Shown piece after piece: positions 8,612-17,680 of a DNA stretch of 64,000 bases. Numbering within the stretch: the stretch's first letter is position 1; each line of letters starts with the position of its first letter. This DNA comes from Candidatus Eiseniibacteriota bacterium (GTDB lineage: Bacteria > Eisenbacteria > RBG-16-71-46). Position numbers and translations under genes: made by a program. The stretch is from positions 32,001-96,000 of the forward strand of contig JANMQY010000060.1 in NCBI GenBank assembly GCA_031370785.1, read 5' to 3'. The notes under the pieces were generated by a model that saw nothing but the letters and a program-made list of their open reading frames with translations, did no database searches and was not told where the DNA came from.

Positions 8612-11314
8612 CTAGCGCACGAGCGCGACGCGGGCGACCGACTCGCGGAACCCCGCAATGCTGAGGCGCGCGAAGTAGACGCCGCTCGCGAGGTGGCCAG
8701 GAAGCGCCGCCTCGAGCGTGCCCACCCCGGCTTCGCGGCGGCCGTGTGCAAGCGAAGCCACCCGTCGCCCGGCCAGATCGAACAGGCTCCAGTCGACCTC
8801 GGCTGCTCTCGGCAATGCGAGCGAGACGCGCAGCCGCTCGTGCGCCGGATTAGGCCACGGCGCGCCAATCGCGAGCCGCGCGGTCCCGGAACCAGCGTCC
8901 GAGATCGGACCGGTCGGAAACGTCACGCGCACGTGGTCGATGTACCAGCCGTGACCGCCCACGAAGTCGTCGGCGCCCATGTGAAAGCGGAGGCTCACGG
9001 ACTGGCCCGCATAGGGCGTGAGGTCGATGATCTCGCTCTTCCATCCATTCGATTTCCCGCTCCAGCACGGCGTGCCCGCTCCGAGCGGCGAGCCCACCGC
9101 GGTGTGAGTGTAGCCGGCGGCCGTAGCAATCGGATCCCAATGAGTGCTGTCCGCGAGAAGCTCGATCCGAACTCCGTCGAATGCGCGCGTCGCGTCGGCC
9201 TGCTCGAGGTCATAGCGATGTTCGAAGCGCACCAGCGTGCCCGGAACCACCGGATAGATCCCCCGCGCCGCCAGCACCGCGTCGAGGTGTGGCGCGTAGA
9301 GGCCGGTGTCGCATGCGCCCGCCTTCCAGCACGTGCCGCCTGCGGGAAAGGACTGATCCTGCGCCAGGTGCCACGGATTCCGGAACGAGTCGGTCTTGAT
9401 GTACGAACTCCAGCCCGCGCCGCCATTCTCGAATTCCTCCTGCCAGTCCCTGCCCACCGTGAACGTGTCGAACGCCGAGTTCGAATAGGTGAGGTTGTGC
9501 GCCAGCGCGCGGTCGCGCGCGACGAACCGGTACGCAACGCGCCCGCCCACCGGCACTCCGGCGCCGAGCGCCGCCGCGAACGAGTCCTGCCCCGCGGGCG
9601 TCGTGGCCATCGAATCGGGCGGCCCGCCGTTCACCGCGAACTCCACCCATACCGAGTCCACGCCGAGGTTGTCGCGAACGCGCGCGAGCACGGTCTTCGG
9701 CAGCTGATCGTCCGGTGCCACCGGCAGAGGGACGTGGATTACGGCGGGCGGGATCGTGTCGGGTCCCGTGAAATACGTGAAAGGCGCCGCGGCTCCCGCT
9801 GCGGGCAGTGTGGCGTCGATGCCGCTCGAATCGCTGGACGCGCTCAGGTAGTACTCGATCTGCGTGCCGTCCGGCATTCCCGGCAGTGCGCCGGCGAAGG
9901 AGTCGGCGGCGACGTTCGCGAGCGGCACGCTGGTGTATGCGCCCGCCCCCGCCAGCCGCCACCATGCGCGGACCGATGAGGGATCGAGCGCGATCGGAAT
10001 GCCGGCCTGCTCGATCCACGCCTGTGCCCCGACCGGTCGCGACACGCCCGCTTCCTCGGTGTCGGGCAGCGGCTGATGCGCGATATGCACGCGGCCGGCG
10101 TGCGAGTCGAGCGTGACGTCCACCGCGGCGCGCCCTTCGGTCGAGCCGGCGATGGTGTTCGGGAAGCGGGTGCGGATGGTGTCGAGCTTCGCGAGATCGG
10201 CGGCGGTCGGGTCGGTGCCACGAGGGACGATCAGCGCGAAGGCGACACGGAACGTGTGCGGCGAGCCGACCGCGTCGGGCACTCGCGGACCGTTCGCGCC
10301 CTCGATGTCCGAGACGTGCCACCACGTGGCGCGCCCGCGGCAGCCGAGCCCGACGATCGGGTTGCTCCGCGGCACGTACGTGCCCGGAGGATCGAAGTCG
10401 GTCGGATCGTTCACGACGAAGAAGGAGTCGGTCTCGGCTTTGGAGCGCAGCCCCATCAGATACATGTCGAGCATGCCGAAGGCGCTGCTCACCCCGTCAG
10501 TGCGGAACGAGTCGGGCGCCGGGGAGATCCAGTCGCATCCTTCCATGAATGACGAATCCACATCGGCGAAGAAGCTCCAGTGCTCCCAGTCCCGACCGAG
10601 CAGGGCGGGCGATGGCTGGCCGGCCGAGTCCACCATCACGTACGCCAGCCAGCGATGCCCGAACTCGTGGGCCAGCACGTCCAACGTGCTGAAGGAGTCG
10701 CCCGGGCCGCCGATGCTGGCGTCGGGGTTCGCCGGGTAGCGGCTGAGAGCGTTCATGTTGAAGAACGTGTGCAGGCGCGATGGGCTGCCGAAAGCGCCGC
10801 CAAAATCGAAGGTATTGAGCCCGATTCCCGTCACGTCATTGCGCACCACATCGCAGGTCGCGAGTGCGCCGGTGGATCCGAGCCAGTCCGGCATCCCGCT
10901 CGAGAGGTAGACGGCGAGCGCATCGTAGTCATCGCCGTGAGCGCGGAAGAACGCGTTCGCGACCGAGACGCCGTCCATGATGGTGCGCACCGATTCGGTC
11001 AGGAAGAAAAACGTGCCGTCGTCCTCGAGCACCGCGATCTCGCCCACGTCGGTCGAGTGCGGCGTCGGCAGAGGCTCGCACTCCCGGCGCTCGAGGTGAG
11101 TGACGAGCGCGTCGGCGACCGATTCGATGCGGGTCGCGCAGGCGCCGGCGGGCGCGTCGCCGAAAGGCGCGTTGGCGGCCGGTGCGGAGCCCGGGAAGAC
11201 TTGCGCAACGCGAGGCGCGGTGGCCCGGATCGGGTCGGCGGGGCGCGCGATCGCGAGGACGGCGCCCGCGACCAGCGCGAAGGTGGCCGCGAAGAGTGGC
11301 AGCGATCGGCGCAT
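8612..11314 (-). CDS. Secreted zinc metallopeptidase-like protein with Ig-like and jelly-roll domains and a C-terminal FlgD/T9SS-type-A-like domain
   Basis: Signal peptide MRRSLPLFAATFALVAGAVLA; AHEFGHRW (HEXXH) with a downstream His (WEHW); two H-x-P-L-P beta modules; EEFENG...GWYIDHVRV domain; C-terminal PWPNP...FDLAGRRV...SGVYFARL. Confidence 0.8.
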   Translation of the reverse strand: MRRSLPLFAATFALVAGAVLAIARPADPIRATAPRVAQVFPGSAPAANAPFGDAPAGACATRIESVADALVTHLERRECEPLPTPHSTDVGEIAVLEDDGTFFFLTESVRTIMDGVSVANAFFRAHGDDYDALAVYLSSGMPDWLGSTGALATCDVVRNDVTGIGLNTFDFGGAFGSPSRLHTFFNMNALSRYPANPDASIGGPGDSFSTLDVLAHEFGHRWLAYVMVDSAGQPSPALLGRDWEHWSFFADVDSSFMEGCDWISPAPDSFRTDGVSSAFGMLDMYLMGLRSKAETDSFFVVNDPTDFDPPGTYVPRSNPIVGLGCRGRATWWHVSDIEGANGPRVPDAVGSPHTFRVAFALIVPRGTDPTAADLAKLDTIRTRFPNTIAGSTEGRAAVDVTLDSHAGRVHIAHQPLPDTEEAGVSRPVGAQAWIEQAGIPIALDPSSVRAWWRLAGAGAYTSVPLANVAADSFAGALPGMPDGTQIEYYLSASSDSSGIDATLPAAGAAAPFTYFTGPDTIPPAVIHVPLPVAPDDQLPKTVLARVRDNLGVDSVWVEFAVNGGPPDSMATTPAGQDSFAAALGAGVPVGGRVAYRFVARDRALAHNLTYSNSAFDTFTVGRDWQEEFENGGAGWSSYIKTDSFRNPWHLAQDQSFPAGGTCWKAGACDTGLYAPHLDAVLAARGIYPVVPGTLVRFEHRYDLEQADATRAFDGVRIELLADSTHWDPIATAAGYTHTAVGSPLGAGTPCWSGKSNGWKSEIIDLTPYAGQSVSLRFHMGADDFVGGHGWYIDHVRVTFPTGPISDAGSGTARLAIGAPWPNPAHERLRVSLALPRAAEVDWSLFDLAGRRVASLAHGRREAGVGTLEAALPGHLASGVYFARLSIAGFRESVARVALVR

Positions 11315-11372
11315 GCGAATCCTCGGGGGGGGGCAATGATTCGGCAGCGCTGAAGCCGCTGCAGGCGCGATT

Positions 11373-12830
11373 CTAGCGCATCGGCTCCATGTCGTGGAAC
11401 CAGGTCTCGAGGGAATCGCCACGGGCGGGGCGTTCCGGCGTGTCCGCCCCGGGCGTGCCGCGCAGGGCCAGCCGGGCGTATTCGGCCCGGGTGAGCCACA
11501 CGGTCGGGCGGCCGGTGGTGAATGCGACGAAGTCCGGAGTGTCCGAGAACATGAGGTTACTCCGTGGCGCGGGCCGCGCGGCCAGCGCCGCGCGCTCGAA
11601 GGCGAGCCGGACTTCGAACGTGCGCGCCTCGCGCGCGGCGTCCCTGAGGGTCGGGAGCGAGGTCGGCAGCGCCATCAGGATCAGCAGCGTGATCCAGGTA
11701 CGCGGCCCGCGTCCCCACGCGGGAAGGAACGAGGCGAGCTTGCGCCCGCCGAGCGCTGCGGCCAGCGACCACAGCGGCAGGAATGGAGTGAGGTAGCGAT
11801 CGTCGTAGACCGCGAACGTCATGATCCCGATCGGAATCGCGGCGAGCAGCAGCGCGACCAGGGCCCGCCGCCGCGGCGCCATGAGGGCGCCGATTGCGGC
11901 GAGCCAGCCGGTGGCGCCGGTCGGGGTGAGCAGCGCGCGCTTGAGCGCGTGCGGGAAGAAGTCTCGGGCCTTTTCGAGAACGATGGGCAGCGATCCCGCC
12001 AGCGTCGAGGGCCAGCGCGCCGGGGTCATGTCGAAGTCGCGGATCACGCTCAGCCCGGGACGCGCGCCCCAGTAGCCGATCAGCAGATAGGAGGAGAGGT
12101 TGAACCACGGCGCGCCGCACGCGCGCAGGTTGTGAACCCACCACGGCGCGAGGCACGCCACGCACGCCAGCAGTGCGGCGAGACGCCCGCGGCCGCGCGC
12201 GAGCAACAGCACCGCGGGAAGCGCGCTCAGCATCTCGGGCCGCGCGAGCGCGGCCAGCCCGAGTGCGATCCCGGCGCGCGCGGCCGATCCGGTACCCCCG
12301 GAGGCAAGATTGAGCGCGAGCACGAGCAGAGCGGCGCCGAGCAATAGCGAAGGATCATGGTTCACTGCGCGCAGGGTTCCCGGGGCGAGCGTGAACAGCA
12401 GCGCCGCTCCCGCGCCCACGTCGGGGCCGAAGCGCCGCGCGGCCATGTGGTAGAGCGCGACCGCGGCGAGCAGCGCGAACGCGGCGCTCACCCATGCGAA
12501 GTGGTCGATCACGCGATCGCCGAGCACGCGCAGCAGCGGCGCGACGATCAGCGGGGCCAGCGGGCCGTGGATCAGCACCGGCACAGTGTTCGCCGTATCG
12601 CGAAGCATCCACAGTGGGGGATGGATCACGCCGGTGCGGAATCCGTGCCCCGCGAGCAGCTGGCGCGCGGCCACACCGTATTCCCAGGTGTCATCGAGCG
12701 GGTCCGGAACTCCGGCGCGCAGCACGACGAGATCACTGAACCAGTAGAGCGCGATCGCGGCGAGCGTCGCCACGAGCCACGGCGACATCTGTCGCAATCG
12801 CGACGACGTTCGCGGGCCGGGTTCGGACAT
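11373..12830 (-). CDS. Integral membrane glycosyltransferase, GT-C fold (ArnT/PMT-like)
   Basis: Multi-TM; DPLDDTWEY acidic loop after TM1, HGPL, LARPE, PWWVHN, DRYLTP. Confidence 0.7.
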   Translation of the reverse strand: MSEPGPRTSSRLRQMSPWLVATLAAIALYWFSDLVVLRAGVPDPLDDTWEYGVAARQLLAGHGFRTGVIHPPLWMLRDTANTVPVLIHGPLAPLIVAPLLRVLGDRVIDHFAWVSAAFALLAAVALYHMAARRFGPDVGAGAALLFTLAPGTLRAVNHDPSLLLGAALLVLALNLASGGTGSAARAGIALGLAALARPEMLSALPAVLLLARGRGRLAALLACVACLAPWWVHNLRACGAPWFNLSSYLLIGYWGARPGLSVIRDFDMTPARWPSTLAGSLPIVLEKARDFFPHALKRALLTPTGATGWLAAIGALMAPRRRALVALLLAAIPIGIMTFAVYDDRYLTPFLPLWSLAAALGGRKLASFLPAWGRGPRTWITLLILMALPTSLPTLRDAAREARTFEVRLAFERAALAARPAPRSNLMFSDTPDFVAFTTGRPTVWLTRAEYARLALRGTPGADTPERPARGDSLETWFHDMEPMR

Positions 12831-12879
12831 GGCGCGGCACTCTGGCATGCGTGCAGCGCCGAATCAACCGCGGTGCGCA

Positions 12880-12888
12880 TGCTATAGT
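12880..12888 (+). promoter_or_regulatory. Putative extended -10 promoter
   Basis: TGcTATAGT about 30 bp upstream of the GTG at 12920 and its GGAGGGGAG RBS. Confidence 0.5.
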
Positions 12889-12919
12889 CCGCCGTTCGTT
12901 CGGGACGGAGGGGAGCCGC

Positions 12920-14188
12920 GTGAACCTGGACTGGCGCCGCCTGAGGGCGGTGGTGCTCGAGAGCGATGATTGGGGGCTGTGCGCCTGGTCTCCGGACGAG
13001 CAGGCGCGGCTCGTGCTCGCCGACACGCCGGCGTTCCGCAGCCCGGCCGGTGCCCGCTACGGCGGGTCCACGCTGGAGAGCGCGAGCGATGTGCGCGCCC
13101 TCACCGATCTCCTGCTCGAATTCCGCGGTGGCGATGGGCTGGCGCCGGTGCTGCAGGCCAATACCGTGATGGCCTCGCCCGACTACGTCGGCCTCGAGCC
13201 GCCGCTGTTTGCCGCCGGGCAGCTGCCGCTCATCGACTTTCCGCAGACACCCTCGCGCTGGGCCCGTCCCGGGCTGTGGGGCGAGGTGGTGCGCGCGCGT
13301 GAGGCCGGCGTGTGGTGGCCCGAGCTGCACGGCCTGACCCACCTGCCCGAGCACACGTGGCTCTCCGCGCTCCGCCGGGCCGAGGCCGACGCGCGCCGCG
13401 CGCACGAACAGCAGAGCCCGATCTGTCAAGCGGTCGAGTCGAGCGGGGAATACGACGCCTCCGAGCCGATCGAGGTCCGCAGGCGCAATCTCGCGCTGGC
13501 CGTCGAGAAATTCCGGGAGCTGTTCGGGCGTCCGCCGACCTCGTTCTGCCCGCCTGATTACCGCTGGGACGAAGCCTGCGATGCCGACGCCGATCGGCTT
13601 GGCCTGACCACGTTCCAGGGAAAGGCGGAGCGAACCGGATCCGTGCTGCCGCGCCTGCGGCGCGTGCTCGGCCGCTATCCGTGGCCCGACTTCGAGGGAT
13701 CGCGCTTCCATCTGCCGCCGCGCATCGCCTTCGAGCCCTCGGTCACCGATCGCGCTGCGGCGCGGGTCGGCGTCGATGCCGCGCGTAAAGCGGTGCGCAC
13801 CGCGTGGGGGCGGGGCCAGCCCGCGGTGATCAGCTCGCATCGGATGAACTACGTGCATCTCGAAGACGCGCGCGCGCAGGCCGGGCGCTCGCATCTGCGC
13901 GACCTGCTCTCCGCGCTCGCCGAGGACGGCGCCATGTTCCTGACCGACGCCGAGGTGCGCAGCCTGGTCGAGCGCGACTGGTCGGTGCGCCCGATCGCGA
14001 CGCGCGGTGCGCTGGTCCGCTACTACGGCCCGCCGCGCGAGCCTGTGTATTTTCCCGCGCCGGCCGGGGCCGAGGGCGCGACCGTGCGCGAGGGACGTCC
14101 CGGTGAGGCCGAGGTCGCGGTCGAACGAGGCGAGGTGATGCTGCGCGCGAACGTCGGCGAATACCTGCTCGAATGGGGACACGCGTGA
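12920..14188 (+). CDS. Polysaccharide deacetylase-like (NodB-fold) protein
   Basis: ESDDWG, PELHGLTH, SFCPPDYRW and ISSHRMNY match the deacetylase-fold motif order; GTG start with a strong RBS. Confidence 0.6.
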   Translation: MNLDWRRLRAVVLESDDWGLCAWSPDEQARLVLADTPAFRSPAGARYGGSTLESASDVRALTDLLLEFRGGDGLAPVLQANTVMASPDYVGLEPPLFAAGQLPLIDFPQTPSRWARPGLWGEVVRAREAGVWWPELHGLTHLPEHTWLSALRRAEADARRAHEQQSPICQAVESSGEYDASEPIEVRRRNLALAVEKFRELFGRPPTSFCPPDYRWDEACDADADRLGLTTFQGKAERTGSVLPRLRRVLGRYPWPDFEGSRFHLPPRIAFEPSVTDRAAARVGVDAARKAVRTAWGRGQPAVISSHRMNYVHLEDARAQAGRSHLRDLLSALAEDGAMFLTDAEVRSLVERDWSVRPIATRGALVRYYGPPREPVYFPAPAGAEGATVREGRPGEAEVAVERGEVMLRANVGEYLLEWGHA

Positions 14189-14898
14189 GCGATGCGTGGC
14201 GGGTGTCCCGGGGCCGGGTCGGGAAGTGGTCGGTGTGGAAGTTCAACTGGCTCGCGAACCACAAGATCATCCGGGTTCTGGAGCGGGCCCGCGTTCACGC
14301 GCACGGCCGTCTGCTCGACGTGGGCTGCGGCTCACGGCCGTTCGCCTCGACGTTCGCCGGCCGGATCACGCACTACATCGGCACCGATCTCTACGCCTCG
14401 CCCTACCTCGACTCGCATCCGCCCGACATCCGCGCGGCCGCTGATGCGCAGCCGATTCGCAGCGCGAGCATGGACACCGTGTTCGGCCTGTCGATGCTCA
14501 CCTACATGCCCGAGCCGCTGCGCATGATCGAGGAGGCGTACCGGGTACTGAAACCCGGCGGCATGCTGCTGCTCGAGTTCACGCAGATGGTCCCGCTGCA
14601 CGACCCGCCGAACGACTACTTCCGCTTCACCCGGTACGGCGCCGCCTATCTGCTCGAGCGGGCCGGCTTCGAGCCGGTCGAGTTCATCCCGATCGGTGGA
14701 CTGTGGGCGCGGGTGGGTCTGAGCACGATCGCCGCGCTCAACCGGGTCAATCGTGGCCCGACCCGTGTGCTGACCGAGATCCCGGTGCGCATTCTCTACG
14801 TGGTGCTGCAGGTGGGATTCGAGCTTCTCGACCGGCTGTGGTTCGACCCGGACGAGGTGCTCGCTCACCTTGTAATCGCGAGAAAGCCGCATTCTTGA
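14185..14898 (+). CDS. Class I SAM-dependent methyltransferase
   Basis: LLDVGCGS, RVLKPGG, PLHDPPNDYFRFT; GTGA overlap with the upstream gene. Confidence 0.88.
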   Translation: MSDAWRVSRGRVGKWSVWKFNWLANHKIIRVLERARVHAHGRLLDVGCGSRPFASTFAGRITHYIGTDLYASPYLDSHPPDIRAAADAQPIRSASMDTVFGLSMLTYMPEPLRMIEEAYRVLKPGGMLLLEFTQMVPLHDPPNDYFRFTRYGAAYLLERAGFEPVEFIPIGGLWARVGLSTIAALNRVNRGPTRVLTEIPVRILYVVLQVGFELLDRLWFDPDEVLAHLVIARKPHS

Positions 14899-14924
14899 CC
14901 CTGTTTTAACACGGGTGCTAGTGT
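14895..14924 (+). promoter_or_regulatory. Putative sigma70 promoter for a leaderless transcript
   Basis: TTGACC-N18-TAGTGT (with extended TG) ending 6 nt before the GTG at 14931; no SD. Confidence 0.55.
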
Positions 14925-14930
14925 CCCGGC

Positions 14931-16670
14931 GTGATTCCCACATCATCTGCTCCCTCTCCGGTCGTGCGCCTCCTTCCGCAGCTGGCAGATTTCGCCGCCC
15001 GCCAATACGGGGATACCCCGTTCGTGCTGCGCTCGACCCGTGCGGGCTGGCGGGGTTTTTCGTTCAACCAGGCAGCTGCCGCGATGTATTCGTTCGCTGC
15101 GGCCCTCGAAGCCGCGGGGGTGAAGGCGGGGGATCGGGTCGGACTGGTCAGCGAGAACCGGCCCGAGATGGGCCTCGCCTATCTCGCCGTGCTCGCGATC
15201 GGCGCGGTGGTCGTGCCGCTCGACCCGCAGCTCAAGGCGCTCGAGGCGGGCGAGATCCTGGCCACGGCCGGAGCGCTCTTCTCGATCGGAAGCGAGAAAC
15301 GGCTGGACCTGCTGCGCGAAGTGCAGACCTCGCGCCTCTCCGCGCTGCGCATGATTTCGCTCGATGAATCGAGTGCGCTCCCCAGCTTTCCGGACGCGCT
15401 GCGCCGGTTTGCGAACGCGCCTCCGCGCGAGATGCGCGGCTCGCCCGGAGACCTGGCGGCACTGCTGTTCACCTCGGGCACGACCGGGCGGGCCAAGGGT
15501 GTGATGCTCTCGCACGCCAACCTGCTCTCGAACGTCGAGGGCGTTGCGAACACGCTCGAATTCGGGCCCGCGGATCGCTTCCTTTCGGTGCTGCCGCTCC
15601 ATCACACGTTCGAATTCACCGGCGGGTTCCTGTGCCCGATGCGGGTCGGCGCGAGCATCGCCTATGCGCGCGGCCTCAATTCGACCGAGCTGCGCGAGGA
15701 CATGCGCTCCTCGGGCGCGACCATCATCCTCGGCGTTCCGCTGCTCTACGAAAAGCTGCTCACCGCGATCCATCGGGGCATCGCCGAGGCGCCGCTCCCG
15801 CGCCGCCTGCTCGCGCGCACGCTGCTCGGCGTGACGCGCCTCGTGCGCCTCGTCACCGGCCAGCGGATCGGGCGCACGCTCATGCGCCCGCTGCGCGAGC
15901 GCGCCGGGATGGATCGGCTCCGCCTGTTCGTCTCGGGCGCCGCGACTCTTCCTCCCGAACTGTTCTGGGGATTCATCGATCTGGGCTGGCCGGTGCTCGA
16001 GGGATACGGGCTCACCGAATGCTCGCCGGTGGTGGCGGCGAATCGTCCCGGGCATCCACGCACGGGTGCGGTCGGCTGGCCGCTGATCGGCGTCGACGTG
16101 CGCATCGATCGACCGGACGCCGAGGGCAACGGCGAGATCGCCGTTCGCGGGCCAAACGTGATGCTCGGCTACTATGGCGATCCGCAGGGCACCGCCGAAG
16201 TGCTGCGCGAGGGCTGGTTCTACACCGGCGACCTGGGCCAGTTCACCGTGGACGGTCGGGTGCGCATCACCGGACGTCTCAAGAACATGATCGCGACCGC
16301 GGCGGGGAAGAAGATCTATCCGGAGGAGATCGAGACGCAGCTCTCCGGCTCTCCCTACATTCTCGAAGTGGTCGTCGCCAGTGGCCGTGATGCGCGCGGT
16401 GAGCGCGAAGAGGTCCATGCCCACGTGCTGCCGAACCTGTCCGCGCTCGAAGCGCTGGCGACTTCGACCAGGGCCCGGTTCGACGATGCGTTTGTCGAGA
16501 GCGTGCTGCGCCGCGAAGTCGAGGCGCGCTGCCAGCCGCTCGCGCCATTCAAGCGGGTGAAGCGAGTGATCGTGCGTCGCCAGGAATTCCCGAGGACCAC
16601 GACCGGAAAGATCCGGCGACAGGACCTGGCCGCGGAGCAATCGGGCACGCACGCATCGGCAGTCGCCTGA
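14931..16670 (+). CDS. Long-chain fatty acid--CoA ligase (AMP-binding enzyme)
   Basis: FTSGTTGRAKG, LPLHH, EGYGLTE, GWFYTGDLG, ITGRLKNMI, PRTTTGKI. Confidence 0.9.
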   Translation: MIPTSSAPSPVVRLLPQLADFAARQYGDTPFVLRSTRAGWRGFSFNQAAAAMYSFAAALEAAGVKAGDRVGLVSENRPEMGLAYLAVLAIGAVVVPLDPQLKALEAGEILATAGALFSIGSEKRLDLLREVQTSRLSALRMISLDESSALPSFPDALRRFANAPPREMRGSPGDLAALLFTSGTTGRAKGVMLSHANLLSNVEGVANTLEFGPADRFLSVLPLHHTFEFTGGFLCPMRVGASIAYARGLNSTELREDMRSSGATIILGVPLLYEKLLTAIHRGIAEAPLPRRLLARTLLGVTRLVRLVTGQRIGRTLMRPLRERAGMDRLRLFVSGAATLPPELFWGFIDLGWPVLEGYGLTECSPVVAANRPGHPRTGAVGWPLIGVDVRIDRPDAEGNGEIAVRGPNVMLGYYGDPQGTAEVLREGWFYTGDLGQFTVDGRVRITGRLKNMIATAAGKKIYPEEIETQLSGSPYILEVVVASGRDARGEREEVHAHVLPNLSALEALATSTRARFDDAFVESVLRREVEARCQPLAPFKRVKRVIVRRQEFPRTTTGKIRRQDLAAEQSGTHASAVA

Positions 16671-16674
16671 CGCC

Positions 16675-17157
16675 ATGTCCATCGACCCGATTCCGACCGT
16701 CTCGATCAGCAGGGTGATGGGCCTTCTCGAAGTGCTGGAAGACGCGGGCGGGCGCTACGACGTCTTTCGACTGGCTCGCGACATCAACTACGAGTTCGGC
16801 GAGATCCTGATGGTGATCAAGGCCGCCGAGCTGCTCGATCTGGTGGTGACGCCGGGTGCGGACGTCGTGCTCACCGGCACCGGCAGCGCGCTCCTGCGCG
16901 CGAAGGTGAATGCGCGCAAGAAGCTGCTCAAGGAGCAGATCAAGAAGCTGCCGCTGTTTCGAACCGTTGTCGAAGTGCTGATGCGCAGCGAAGACCGGCG
17001 CACCGACGAGAGCACGTTTCTCGAGATCTTCGCGCTGCACCTGCCGGCCGAGTCGGCCGAGGCTCTGCTGAAGACGGTGATCGACTGGGGTCGATACACC
17101 GAGCTGCTGGGCTACAGCCCCGACGACAAGCAGCTCTATCTCGATCAGCCCGACTGA
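16675..17157 (+). CDS. Stand-alone AAA-associated C-terminal domain protein (domain normally fused to NitT/TauT ABC ATPases)
   Basis: GLLEVL...G..DVFRLA...AAELL...L..VIDWGRYTELLGY. Confidence 0.75.
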   Translation: MSIDPIPTVSISRVMGLLEVLEDAGGRYDVFRLARDINYEFGEILMVIKAAELLDLVVTPGADVVLTGTGSALLRAKVNARKKLLKEQIKKLPLFRTVVEVLMRSEDRRTDESTFLEIFALHLPAESAEALLKTVIDWGRYTELLGYSPDDKQLYLDQPD

Positions 17158-17160
17158 AGG

Positions 17161-17544
17161 CTACTTGCCGAGCTTGGTCTCCGGCTGGTAGATCACTTCG
17201 CCGTTGCCATCGATGGTCATGACGTGGCGCTGCACCATCGGCCCCTTCGGAACCATCCCGCCGCTCCAGTGCGATTCGCCGACGCGATCCGACCACTGCC
17301 AAACCAGCTCGAACGACGCGTCGCGGCTCACCTTGAACGGGAATACGACGCGTTCGTTGTCCGCCAGAGTCTCCTTGACGAACGTCTGGCCGTCGATGAT
17401 CACGCGAATGCGCTCGAGGCGATGTCCGGAGTTGTTCACGACCACCGCATCGTGGGAAGCCGTGCGGTTGGTGAGCTCGGGATAGTGCTTCCACCCATAC
17501 CACGCGGCTGCCACGACCAGCACCAGCAAAAACAGTCTCTTCAT
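17161..17544 (-). CDS. Hypothetical membrane-anchored/exported protein
   Basis: MKRLFLLVLVVAAAWYGW anchor followed by a beta-rich domain; GGAGG RBS; TTGCGC-N17-TAGGGT at 17621-17593. Confidence 0.75.
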   Translation of the reverse strand: MKRLFLLVLVVAAAWYGWKHYPELTNRTASHDAVVVNNSGHRLERIRVIIDGQTFVKETLADNERVVFPFKVSRDASFELVWQWSDRVGESHWSGGMVPKGPMVQRHVMTIDGNGEVIYQPETKLGK

Positions 17545-17680
17545 GAATCCCTCCATGGAGAATGTCCCGGCTTCCTGCCAGGCACGCGCGTCACCCTAAT
17601 CGCGCCCACCGCCGCGCGCAAGGGTTGACGCACCAGCGAGGGCGTCGCGACGACGCCCGAGCGAGCGCATGACCCGCGCG

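Noticed and set aside
11325..11333. G9 tract upstream of the peptidase, and G8 tract at 28025-28032 near the XRE gene start, as phase-variation switches
   Set aside because: Runs of this length can arise by chance at this GC content, there is no read-level evidence of length variation, and the XRE gene has an alternative downstream start.
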